Of a DNA stretch of 64,000 bases, positions 1-10,610 are shown one piece after another. A model generated the notes under the pieces. It was not told the origin of the DNA. It did not search any database and was given only the letters and a program-made list of their open reading frames with translations. Origin of the DNA: an uncultured delta proteobacterium (GTDB taxonomy: Bacteria > Desulfobacterota > Desulfomonilia > UBA1062). The DNA is taken from positions 32,001 to 96,000 of the forward strand of contig CAVVYZ010000019.1 in assembly GCA_963752595.1 (NCBI GenBank). Direction: 5' to 3'. Position 1 is the first letter of the stretch. Every line of letters starts with the position of its first letter. The position numbers and the translations under genes are program-made.

Positions 1-552
1 CGCAAGACGGATATCGATCCATACAATGAATTCAGCATCAGCGCCGTCATATCCTACGGCAAGAGGTCCATTCCTGGATTGACCTCCCTTTCGTATATGC
101 TTAAGGACTGTTTCACCGCCTACATACTCCACCTTCCCGTAACCTCCGAGAGGGCGCGCCGTGGAGGGGTCGAGATGGCAGGATATCCGAAATTCATTGC
201 CGACATCTCCTTTACCCAGGAGAAAGGATACACCACGTGCACGGTAGCGGAGAATGGCCGGAGGATCCTGGCGCTGAGGGGAAAGAACACAAAAACATCA
301 CGGGGCAGGCTTACGAAGTATATCATCCACACCATGAAGGATGGTATTCCGCTGAAGGCGAATCTCTATATAAACCCCATCCAGTACCGCCAGACAATCG
401 GATTCGGCGCAGCCAGGCTGGATATCGGAAGCGGCCACAGGATATGCACCGAGCTGCGTGATATGGGATTGAGCAGACTGCCGGTCCTGTATCAGTACAT
501 GCCGTCTTATGAGGCAATCCTTTTCAATTCAAAGAATCTCATCGACGATTAG
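1..552 (+). CDS. Acetoacetate decarboxylase-family protein, 5' end outside window
   Basis: Frame open from window start (..DIDPYNEFSI..LPVT..GGVEMAGYPKF); GYPK motif typical of the ADC-like family. Confidence 0.65.
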   Translation, partial: RKTDIDPYNEFSISAVISYGKRSIPGLTSLSYMLKDCFTAYILHLPVTSERARRGGVEMAGYPKFIADISFTQEKGYTTCTVAENGRRILALRGKNTKTSRGRLTKYIIHTMKDGIPLKANLYINPIQYRQTIGFGAARLDIGSGHRICTELRDMGLSRLPVLYQYMPSYEAILFNSKNLIDD

Positions 553-564
553 GGGGTTTGTGCC

Positions 565-1417
565 ATGGGAAAGAGAGACCTGAGTGGAAAAACGGCGGTC
601 ATCACCGGGGCAGCGTCGGGAATAGGAAGAGCGCTGGCGCTCGCATTGGCAAAAGAGCGGTGCACCATACTCCTGGCCGATATCAATGAGGCAGGGCTGA
701 AAGCAGACATCCGAGATGGTACGGCAGTCGGGGGGCAACGGAGAGGTATACTTTTGCGACGTATCCAAACTCGACGATGTCATGCGGATGGCAGACCATT
801 GCTTCGATGCGTGGGGCAAGGTGGACATCCTCATCAACAACGCAGGTGTTGCCTCAATCGGATTCATGGGCGACATCCCGATCAAGGATTGGGAATGGAT
901 TGTTTCGATCAACTTCTGGGGCGTCGTGTACGGCTGTCACGCCTTTGTCCCGAGGATGAAGAAACAGGAAAGCGGGTACATCGTGAACGTGGCATCCGCT
1001 GCCGGCATCCTCTCATCCGCTGAAATGGCCCCGTACAATGCGACAAAGGCCGCGGTCATCTCACTGACAGAGACGCTCAAGAGCGAGCTCGCCCCGCATA
1101 ACATCGGGGTGACGGTGACCTGCCCGACATTCATCAAGACAAATCTCATGGAGAAGATGAGATTCACGGACGAGTTCCAGAGGCAATGTTCAACGACAGG
1201 CGTGGACAATGCGAGGTGGACACCCGAGATGATTGCCGATCTGGTGATCGATGCTATGAAAAAAAACAAGATGTATGTGGTTCCGCAGGCGGCAGCGAAG
1301 ATATTCTGGATATCCAAACGCATATCCCCTTCTGCCTTCTTCGGCTTCCTCGCATTTCTGATGCGTATGGGATGGGGGAGGAATTTGATGTTCCAGCTGG
1401 CGAAGCTGGGGTTCTGA
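565..1417 (+). CDS. Short-chain dehydrogenase/reductase (one frameshift near 715)
   Basis: TGAASGIG in ORF 565, then NNAG and YNATK in ORF 716..1417. Confidence 0.9.
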
Positions 1418-1455
1418 GGATTCTTGCAAAAAGGGAAGAATTGACTAAATATTTG

Positions 1456-1517
1456 GGGGTCAGGTCTTGATTCTTACTTCGACGGCTTTACCTTTGCAAA
1501 AAGCAAGACCTGACCCC
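1456..1517. repeat. REP-like palindromic element, family A
   Basis: GGGGTCAGGTCTTG...CAAGACCTGACCCC perfect 14-bp arms; related copies at 3531 and 15954. Confidence 0.75.
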
Positions 1518-1527
1518 ATGACCTGCA

Positions 1528-1568
1528 TTGACTTGGGGAAATTTATCTATTATTATTGTAATACAATA
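1528..1568 (+). promoter_or_regulatory. Putative promoter with palindromic operator upstream of acyl-CoA ligase
   Basis: TTGACT at 1528, AT-rich -10 region, palindrome TATTGTA-A-TACAATA at 1554-1568. Confidence 0.45.
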
Positions 1569-1632
1569 TTACTTTGCAATGCATCCATGATGCTTTTCCT
1601 TAGCAATACCATTTGAGAGAAGAGGAGGATCT

Positions 1633-3324
1633 ATGCCTTTTGAGAAAGTATGGCACAAGCAATACAATCCGGCCACCCCATCCGAGGTGACCTTCGAGAC
1701 GGTCACCATGCCGGAAGCCCTTTCAAGGACTGCCAGGGACTTTCCTCACGTACCGGGCCTGGTCTTTCTGGGCAAGAAGATATCTTACCGGGAGCTCGAA
1801 GTGCTGGTGAACAGGTTTGCCCGCGCGCTCTCCGACCTGGGGGTAAAAAAAGGGGACAAGGTCGCCATGCTGCTTCCCAACATCCCGCAGGTGGTGATCG
1901 CCAATTACGCGACCTTCAGGATCGGCGCCGTAGCATCGATGAACAATCCCCTCTACACCGAGCGGGAGCTTATCCACCAGCTCAACGACTCGGATGCTCA
2001 CGTGCTCGTGACGCTGGACCTCCTTCTGCCCCGGGCAACGAAGGTGAAGCCCTTCACGAAGATCGAAAGCATCGTCACCTGTCATATCAGCGATTACCTT
2101 CCCTTCCCCAAGAAGCAGCTCTTCAGGTATGTGAAGAAAGACATGTACAAGGAGATTTATCCTGAGCCCGGCGTGTTCCAGTTCATGGATCTCATAAGGA
2201 AATACCCGAACACCCCGGTGCCGAACGCGGCTGGGTGGGACGAAGTCGGTGCTCTCATCTATACCGGCGGCACGACAGGGGTGAGCAAGGGGGTCATGCT
2301 CACCCATGCGAACATGTCCTGCAATGTCCAACAGCTCCAGGCATGGTTCCCTGATATGGTAGAAGGCAAGGACAGCATGCTTGCCGTGTTCCCGTTCTTC
2401 CACTCCGCAGGGTTCACCGGAATGCAGAACCTCTGTATATACTGCGGCTGTACCGATATCCTGGTGCCCAGGCCCGAGCCGGGCATCATCATCGAGAACT
2501 TAAGGAAGTTCAAACCGACCTATCTTCCGGGTGTGCCGACCATTTTCGTAGGCCTTCTCAACGACAAGCGGTTCCTGTCGATGAACTTACGATTCATCAA
2601 AGGCTTTATTGCAGGTGCTGCGCCCCTGGCTGTGGAAACGATCAAGGAGCTCAAACGGCTGACCGGGGGCGATATCATCAATGTCTACGGGCTCACCGAG
2701 ATATCGCCCATGGGCACCGCATCTCCCTGGAAGGGGGGCACGAAGCCGGGAACCGTTGGCATCCCGCTGCCGAACACCGACCTGAAGATCGTGGATGTGG
2801 ATGACAGCTCAAAGGAGATGGAGCAGGGGCAGGCGGGCGAGATTGTTTTCAGCGGCCCCCAGGTCATGAAGGGATATTACAAACGGCCCGATGAGACCGC
2901 TGCCGTTCTCAAGGACGGATGGCTCTACACAGGCGATATCGGATTTCTCGACGGAGACGGCTATCTGACCATCGTGGACCGCAAGAAAGACATGATCGTT
3001 GCGAGCGGATACAATGTGTTTCCGCAGGAGATCGACGAAATACTGTTCGAGCACCCGAAGATCCTGGAGGCGTGCACCATCGGGATACCGGATGCCTATC
3101 GCGGGGAGGCCCCGAAGGTGTATGTGGTCCTGAAAGAAGGCCAGAGACTGGCCGCTGAAGAGATCATTGCTTTCTGCAAGGAGAAGCTCGCGCCCTACAA
3201 GGTACCCCATCAGATCGAATTCATCGATGCCCTTCCTAAGAGCGCTGTCGGCAAGGTCCTGCGGCGGGAGCTGAAAGAGCTCGACAGGAAGAAGCGGGAA
3301 GAGCGCCAGGGCATGTCAGCATAA
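1633..3324 (+). CDS. fadD: Long-chain fatty acid-CoA ligase
   Basis: YTGGTTGVSKG, YGLTE, TGD, DRKKD, PKSAVGK motifs; GAGGAGG RBS. Confidence 0.92.
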   Translation: MPFEKVWHKQYNPATPSEVTFETVTMPEALSRTARDFPHVPGLVFLGKKISYRELEVLVNRFARALSDLGVKKGDKVAMLLPNIPQVVIANYATFRIGAVASMNNPLYTERELIHQLNDSDAHVLVTLDLLLPRATKVKPFTKIESIVTCHISDYLPFPKKQLFRYVKKDMYKEIYPEPGVFQFMDLIRKYPNTPVPNAAGWDEVGALIYTGGTTGVSKGVMLTHANMSCNVQQLQAWFPDMVEGKDSMLAVFPFFHSAGFTGMQNLCIYCGCTDILVPRPEPGIIIENLRKFKPTYLPGVPTIFVGLLNDKRFLSMNLRFIKGFIAGAAPLAVETIKELKRLTGGDIINVYGLTEISPMGTASPWKGGTKPGTVGIPLPNTDLKIVDVDDSSKEMEQGQAGEIVFSGPQVMKGYYKRPDETAAVLKDGWLYTGDIGFLDGDGYLTIVDRKKDMIVASGYNVFPQEIDEILFEHPKILEACTIGIPDAYRGEAPKVYVVLKEGQRLAAEEIIAFCKEKLAPYKVPHQIEFIDALPKSAVGKVLRRELKELDRKKREERQGMSA

Positions 3325-3530
3325 GGTGCAAAAGGGTCAGACCATGTTCGTCACCGTGCAATCGCCCGCCGCGCAGATCAATACCACCGCGGTCAACAGG
3401 CCGCCGGCGACAAGGCGTCTGTCTCGGGCACCCTGATCAAACCTTCGGCTGCGGACCCGGTGCACCTGGGCGAGGGTGTGTCGGGACTCATCTGGGACTA
3501 CTAGAGGAGTTTAGCTCCTTGGGAGTTTCA

Positions 3531-3554
3531 GGGTCAGGTCCTGCTTTTTGCATA
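3531..3554. repeat. Half copy of REP-like family A
   Basis: GGGTCAGGTCCTGCTTTTTGCA matches the reverse complement of the right arm of 1456-1517. Confidence 0.6.
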
Positions 3555-3688
3555 CTTTCTAAAAAACGGTAATTGACTGATTTTGAAATGTATGCAAGCT
3601 TTCTATAAATAATGATAGGTCTACTCTGGTTGCAACAGTAACCGCGTTGCGAAAAGATGGTTTGGACAACAGAAAAAGGAGAGATGTG

Positions 3689-3802
3689 ATGGGAGATAAG
3701 GGCGGCAAGAAAGATAAGGAAAAGGGTCAGAAACAGAACGCCGAAAAACAGAAACAAAATTTAAAAAACAAGCTGGATAAGCAGCCCAAAAAAAAGGTTT
3801 GA
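3689..3802 (+). CDS. Small Lys-rich protein (37 aa)
   Basis: MGDKGGKKDKEKGQKQNAEKQKQNLKNKLDKQPKKKV with AAGGAG upstream; below ORF-track cutoff. Confidence 0.55.
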   Translation: MGDKGGKKDKEKGQKQNAEKQKQNLKNKLDKQPKKKV

Positions 3803-3910
3803 TAGAAATATAAAAGCTGAGGCTGTTGAAACCTGTGCAGAGAAGCACTCCATATCAAAGTGTGCCTCCAGCACAAAATCTTCACCTTGCCGGCCTGATC
3901 TCCAGAGATG

Positions 3911-4045
3911 TTATTGGTTATGCCAACGAGACTTCATCTTGTGTCGTTCTGCTGCTTCTTTTATCATTTGAAGTCTCTCGAGTCGGTTCTGCAATCTGTC
4001 GACTTTCTTTTCCGGTATGTTTGTCTTGGTAGTTTTGGCGCTCAT
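3911..4045 (-). CDS. Small basic helical protein (44 aa)
   Basis: MSAKTTKTNIPEKKVDRLQNRLERLQMIKEAAERHKMKSRWHNQ with AGGAG 9 nt before ATG. Confidence 0.5.
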   Translation of the reverse strand: MSAKTTKTNIPEKKVDRLQNRLERLQMIKEAAERHKMKSRWHNQ

Positions 4046-4280
4046 CGGTATTTACTCCTATTAATCTGTACAGCAGGCCTGCTCCGGCTATCATTGCTTC
4101 ATGTTGCTCGTCTGTCAGGAAAGGGGGAGCCTTTCATAGTCAGACTTACCACGCAGGGAAAATTCCTTGAGAGAGTGACGAACTCTTTGATGGAAAATCC
4201 AGGTATTCTTCATACTCGCACACTATAGTTTTAATAAGCAACAATATAATTTTTAATAGTTAAAGAGAATCTTTCCGGAA

Positions 4281-4730
4281 TTGATCAAGCCCCTTCCCCT
4301 TTCTTTTACCAAGTCTACATCGAAGCGTGTCGCACGGGTGCGTGATGCTTCCGGCAACCCCGTCAGCGCCTCGACGATTTCCACGACGGTCAACGGGCGA
4401 TCCGTGAGCCGGCTGACAAATGCCCAGGGGAATGCGTCCTTCAGCAACATCGCAGTCGGACAATATTCATATTCTGTCAGCAAGGCAGGCTATTATTCTC
4501 CGCTCTCCAATATGGCATTGTCCATCACTGGCGGTGTCACAACTGCAAGTAAATACGTCTTGTTCCAATACGGGAAAGCCAAGGTCAAGGTGAAGTTCGT
4601 ATGCCAGAAGCTTGGCGATTACATTGTCAGCGTCAACAAAGCCGGTTACATCGGTAGTTCAAAGGATGTACATGCAGTCAATATGGGCATGGCTTATGAT
4701 CTTACGATGGAGATGCCTGCTGCGCAGTAG
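4281..4730 (+). pseudogene. Carboxypeptidase-regulatory-like/Cna-B type beta-sandwich fragment
   Basis: VRDASGNPV..TNAQG..F..I..GQYSYSVSKAGY and a second GDYIVSVNKAGY; no signal peptide or clear start. Confidence 0.5.
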
Positions 4731-4748
4731 GTCAGATTTATCGTCAGC

Positions 4749-5492
4749 CTACTGGCTGCTTTTCCCGAAGACTTCCTTGAGGAGCTCGGTCGTGCGGGCA
4801 GCAGGATCGTTCCGTATTTTCTTTTCCTCCTGGCCGACCATATAGAACAAGCCATCCAGGGCCTTGTTGGTCACATACCGGTCCAGGTCCAGGGATTCCC
4901 TGTTCGCCAGGGGAAGCAGGGAAAGGTATTTTTCATTCAACGCCTTGTATTGCCGGGTGACACCCACGGCATCCATGCTGGAGGATATTTCCGGCCTGAA
5001 GGCCTGAGCAAGACCCGAGGAGGTCTTTGTCCTGAAATAATCCGTTGCAGCGGTTGACGGCCCGTTGAGAATCCTGGTCGCGTCCTGGAAGGTCATCTCC
5101 CTGACAGCACTTATGAAGACGGCCTTTGCCTTGGGCGCCGCCCTTTCGGCGGCCCGGTTCATGCTGAGGACGAAGGCATCCACCTCACTCCCGAGCCCGG
5201 CCTTCCTGAGCACTTCGCAGGTCAGTCGAATATCTTCGGGCAAAGGGATCTTGATGGCACCATTACCGAAATAGCCGTTCTGTGTTCCAACCAGGCTGAC
5301 CGCAGAGCCTGTCCCTACGGACAGGACCTCCCTGAGCCCGGATATCACCGTCCCCTCATCAAGTGAAAGGGATGGCTGTGATGTCGCAGGCCCGAGAAAG
5401 ATATTCAGTAAATCCTCCAGGAAACCGGCCTGTGCGTTCGGGGCAGTGGTCAACATGAGGACGAGGGATATTAACATTATTCTCAGTTTCAT
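4749..5492 (-). CDS. DUF4197 family exported protein
   Basis: Signal peptide; [21 protein letters not shown]...[18 protein letters not shown] signature. Confidence 0.88.
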   Translation of the reverse strand: MKLRIMLISLVLMLTTAPNAQAGFLEDLLNIFLGPATSQPSLSLDEGTVISGLREVLSVGTGSAVSLVGTQNGYFGNGAIKIPLPEDIRLTCEVLRKAGLGSEVDAFVLSMNRAAERAAPKAKAVFISAVREMTFQDATRILNGPSTAATDYFRTKTSSGLAQAFRPEISSSMDAVGVTRQYKALNEKYLSLLPLANRESLDLDRYVTNKALDGLFYMVGQEEKKIRNDPAARTTELLKEVFGKSSQ

Positions 5493-5529
5493 TCTCCGTC
5501 ATTTACAGGGACACAAAAACTTAGATAGT

Positions 5530-5982
5530 TCATTTGGGCTGCGGTGCTTCGAACCATTTTCTCTCAGATGGTATCCAATCGGCCAAGTTATCAATGGTAT
5601 TTGCAAATGAAATTTTGTTTTTCAAGGAACATTGCCAGATAATAGCAATTCGCCACCCAAGTCCTTCTAGTTCCCTGTTTTTATCCTTGTCCCTTTTTCG
5701 TGTTTCAGCTATTTTCTTGCGCCAAAATTCAGCCCTTGTTGATGGGAGGCTACTTGCCTTACACCCATGGTGACCATGCCAGAAGCAACCGTGTACAAAA
5801 ATAACCGCCCTGTATTTTGGTAATACTATATCAGGTTGCCCAGGTAGCAATTTCAAGTGAAGCCGAAAGCGGAAACCTTTCCTGTGTAACTGTGAACGTA
5901 CCATTCTCTCAATTTTTGTGTTCTTATCATGTATCTTTGACATCACACGACTACGCTGCTCTGGTGATAGGATATCTGTCAT
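5530..5982 (-). CDS. vsr: Very short patch repair endonuclease
   Basis: MTDILSPEQRSRVMS, LPGQPDIV, FVHGCFWHGH, IWQC. Confidence 0.95.
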   Translation of the reverse strand: MTDILSPEQRSRVMSKIHDKNTKIERMVRSQLHRKGFRFRLHLKLLPGQPDIVLPKYRAVIFVHGCFWHGHHGCKASSLPSTRAEFWRKKIAETRKRDKDKNRELEGLGWRIAIIWQCSLKNKISFANTIDNLADWIPSERKWFEAPQPK

Positions 5983-6017
5983 TGCCGTTCCTCACATGTC
6001 ATTATCTTAACATGAAC

Positions 6018-7576
6018 TCAAGTTGGATCTAGCATATCGGCTACATTCTGACGTAACTCATCCAATGCCGGATGAGAAAGAGCAACGGAAGCCATCGTAC
6101 GTCTGACACAATCGATAGGATCTATATTAGTCCTTTGATGCAAGGTATATCCAAGGTCGTGATGATTCAACTCTACTTCGAGTGCTTGCATGTGGGCTTG
6201 TACATCTGCCATGCTGCAACCGAATTCCCACGCAAAATTGGTTTGGTATGTCTCAATTTTAAGCTGGCTTATAACCCACTTTTCAGGAGGCAGACCATTC
6301 CCGGGTAGTATAAGATATGGTGGACTGATATCACTACGCTCAGCCCTCTCGGATCTGATCCATTCCCGGATTTCACCATCGGTACAATCTCCATCAAGTA
6401 CGCAGATATAGTTCATACAAAAACCCGAGCGGTGGTGGGATACACCCTGTTTAATAACCGTGTTGTTGCTACCCACGGGTTGTATTTCTACTCTCAATCT
6501 TAGATGTTCAGGCAGCGCTTTCTCAATGAAGATTTTAGCAACTTCATCTTCACAATAAATCATTAGTTCAGGCTGAAAATGTCCTGTCATCTCATATTTG
6601 GCATATCTGGTTGATGGTTTTTCAATAATATTATGATCGTTCCCTGCCTTTTTAATTAATAGGCGAGCTGGCCTGGGAAGCGAATCCAAGAACACCTCAG
6701 AATGTGTTGAACAAATAATTTGTAAACGTTTTCTACGACAAATTTCTACTAATACTTCGGCGAGACGTTGTTGAGCTTGAGGATGAAGTCCGGCTTCAAT
6801 TTCCTCGATTACGATCAGTCCACCATTTGGTATCTTTTCAAAACAATGGATCAGCGCGATCATACAACTCTCACCGCCGCCCATATTGAACGCAGTATAT
6901 TGACACTCGGCTTGACAGCGAGAAAACGAATATCTAGTACTCTTTTGGATCTCGGCATCTGCGTATGGTTTCCCCATGATGAACGAAAGGTATTCTCGGT
7001 AAGTCCTGTCAAGAGAAGAGCACTCCACATTTTCTGGCAGCGCTTTGAAGGTCGAACGGACTCCGGATATTTCAGAACCTGATAGAATCCTTGCTAAAGG
7101 CAAAAAATCAACATGCCTCTGGGGCCTGCTTTTCATACCGGCCCCACTGTTTCGATGTCTTTTCGAAGGATACAGATACCTCTCGTCCAGAAAGGTAATA
7201 TCTCCATGTGATTTTTACACCTTGGGGAGGAGTCTCCGCCCGGCCCTCCGATAAAAAAATCTGAAAAAGTATATGACGCTTTACTTATTACACGGCGAGC
7301 AGGTGCCGTATTTCCTCTATGGACGAACCATCCACCCGGTGAGTGATGGGCAAGTGCAGCAAGAGCCAATACAGTGCTTTTACCCACTCCATTATTACCA
7401 CAAATCGCGGTAATAGGATATTTAAAGGGAATTATAAGACCGTCAATACCCCGGAGACCTGTTCCCCCGTTAACTTCGATACTATGAAGATAAGGTGTTG
7501 CATTTGTACTCGTTGGTATGTTTCGCCAAAAATTTAATAGGTTCATTTCATCGGCGTTAAGGTGCTTACCCGGCAT
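6018..7576 (-). CDS. ABC-type ATPase fused to TOPRIM domain (OLD/GajA-like nuclease); frameshifts near 7130-7230
   Basis: Walker A GNNGVGKS, MGGGE signature, Walker B/D-loop IEEIEAGLHP, STHS; TOPRIM-like IYCED and VLDGD; ATG at 7576 overlaps upstream gene end. Confidence 0.8.
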
Positions 7577-10500
7577 CCATTTCCTCCATAATAAGCACCA
7601 TTTCCTCATCATAGCTTTCTTCATAACTCGGAGGGCGAGGAGTTGTTTTGTCAATTTTAAGCCAGCGAGTATATCCAGGACATATCACTCTGAAGTCACA
7701 ACGCTTACAATGGAGGCCATCACAGCCCTTTAATACAAATTTACCTGAATTAATTGACGAGCGGATGTCTTTAACGGCTTCTTTTACTTTTTGCCTTACA
7801 TATTCCAACTCCTTAGGTGATATATCGACTACTACTTTCTCTTCGACTCCAAGATTTAATAGATGGTTATCTGGTGGCTTAGGACTAAGGAAATGTGCCA
7901 CTGCTCTTAATGGATTGTGTCCCAGAGCATGATGGACACCTATGGCATATAAACGAAGCTGTGTCTCTACTTCAGCCTTTTTAATATTATAAGTTTCCTT
8001 ATCCTTCCAGTGGTGTGTCTTGAAATCAACTATTCCTACAGGAATACGTTTTTCCCCATTAGGTGTACGCTCTACATGTTCTAATAAATCAATAGAACCA
8101 CTTATAAGTGCGCCGCTCTCTTCTTCAACAAATTCAAAAGATTTCTCCGTGTCCAATACATATTGAGCAGTATCTGAATACTCTTTCAGGTACCTTTTTA
8201 ATGTTGCCTTAGCAGCCTCTCTGAGTATGGTTAAAGGTTTGCGATATTCACTATCTCGTGTATACCTTAAGTGAAAACGTTCATCGACAAGCTTCATCAA
8301 TGAGTTTTCGGACAAGTATTCACCAGTAAGGGCTTTCTGATGCAATTCAGCAAGAATATTATGGATCTGTTGTCCATATCCATAAGATTCTTTTACTCCA
8401 GGGCCAAACCCCATCATAGATCGTAGTTGATATTCAAACGGACATCTCCAAAAGTAATTCAAATCGGAGTAAGTTGTTGGAAGTAGATCGACATTGGATG
8501 GTGGAGTTGGTTGACCTTTTCTCCGTTCAATAATCTGCCCATTTCTTTGCACACAATCATGATGAATCTCTGTAAAATACTCTGTCGGGCGTTTCCTTGA
8601 ACGATCAAGACTAGTGATGTTTAGAAATTTTCTACATCTGGTAAGAGCAACATACCATAGCCTTCTTTCCCCATCATCACCACCAGCGTAATTACGAGAA
8701 TTAAATAATGATTCATCAAGAAAAGACTCGGGACCACGATTCCTGTAACTACTTGGGAAATTTTGACTAGATACTCTTGGGATAAAAACAACTGGCCATT
8801 CAAGCCCTTTTGCCCCATGAACAGTCATTATTTGCACTGCATTCGGTGTTACTAATTCATCTAAACCGCCCTCATCAACACGACCGACAGCCCATCCCCC
8901 TAAAAACATACATAATGAAATAAGGTCGTTTGGAGTAACCCATTGATGGACTGCCTCAAATTGAGTTATCAACCCACTTAATCTACCAAAGTTGAATAGG
9001 ATATCTTGTTTCCAGGGCTCTTGGCCGGATGCAGCACCAAGTGTCTTAAGCATTTCTTGAAATATTGATTGAGGATATATTCTACGAGCTAGTCTTCCCC
9101 TTTGAGTTTTTTCAAGATTTCTTTTATCTAATTCCTCACGTTTTGATGCCACCCATTCTAGAAAGACAGCTTCGTCTGCATTGGGCATAAAATCATTATC
9201 ACGCAACCAGCGAATATTATCCCTTATGTACTCCCGAATTTCTGGTTCTGTGAGACGGATTAATTTTAAATTATCCTCAAGAATGAAATCGGTACGTGCA
9301 AGAAGGCAAAATGCTGCCTGTATTACTCTGATTTCTACATGGTCGAATAACCCGCCAATACCTTTTACAACAACGGGGATATTACTTTCTCTCAATATAT
9401 CCGCAAAAATTTGACCTGATGATCTGACGCTGCGCAAAAGAATCGCCATGTCCCCAAAATGGATTGCTCTTTCGCTCCCGTCTTTCTCGGTTATAATGCA
9501 GCCTAACAGTTGCTTAATCCTTGTTGCAACCCAACTTGCCTCATCTTTTTCATCAACAAATGTTCGCAATTGAACATCAGTTAATTCTCCCATTGTTTCA
9601 ATGTGATGATCTGATGCTTCATCAAAATGAACGGCTTTCATTGCCTTTGAAATTCGTCTGCCCGTAGGGATTTTTCGAATTGCTTTATTTGCAATTTCTA
9701 CAATTGCGTGTGTGCTTCTAAAATTATATTTTAATTCTAATTTTTTTACTTTTGGATAATGACCATCAAACCATAAAATGTTTTCAATCTTTGCTCCCAC
9801 GCCAGCCGTATATTGCTTGATCATCATCTCCTACTGCTGTCACCCATAGTTTTTTACCGGTGTCGGAGAGGAGTCGTATAAGCTCTTCCTGTCTGTCATC
9901 AACATCTTGATATTCATCAACTATCAGATACTTAAACCGGTTTCGGACTTCCTTCAATTTTATAGGGTTAGCCACTAAAATATTTATTAGCTTTTCAATT
10001 ATGTTATTGTAATCAAAGAAATAATTAGGATATTCATATGCAATTTTTTGATAGCGCTCTATAGTCTTTCTTACATATATATCAGTTATTTGATTTAAAG
10101 CTATATTGTTTTGATGGATTATATTGAGTGAATTTACAAATACTTGGAGAGCATTAAAAAATCCACCTGTCCTTGTACGTAAACGGAGCTTGTCCCAAGC
10201 CAATTCCCTTGTCTACATTAGGATTATATGAGTAATTGGTCATGATCAAAGCTGTTTGACGGGCTTCATCCATTACCTCATATTTCCTAAATGAAGGATC
10301 AATCTCTTTAATAAACCTTAGACAGAAACTATGTATTGTTCCTACGTACATATCTCCAAGGGCTGGTTCATTGGGAAGAAGTCTCTCCAAGTGTTCCCGA
10401 ATCCTTGATTTCAATTCGTGAGCTGCGCGCTCAGTGAAAGTGAACGCAATTATTTCATTGCGTTTTACTCCGTCTTTCACCAAGCCAGCAATTCTGGCAG

Positions 10501-10610
10501 CAACAACTTCAGTTTTTCCGCTTCCTGCACATGCCAGTATGAGTAGGTTCCCGTCCCGGTGCTCGATAGCAGCTTTTTGTTTATCTGTATAATGCAATAC
10601 CCTCAATCAT
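7566..10610 (-). CDS. UvrD/SF1A helicase with C-terminal PD-(D/E)XK nuclease; split by frameshifts into ORFs 10154-10606, 9784-10203 and 7566-9827
   Basis: ACAGSGKT, FTFTERAA, GTIHSFC, VDEYQD, GDDDQAIYGWRG, NFRST, TVHGAKGLE, ERRLWYVALTR; then WRCP, GSIDLL, VDFKT, QLRLYA, CKRCDFRVIC. Confidence 0.9.

Noticed and set aside
7566-8480. Cas4 / CRISPR adaptation module
   Set aside because: The Cas4-like domain is fused to UvrD; no cas1/cas2 or repeat-spacer array was seen in the window.
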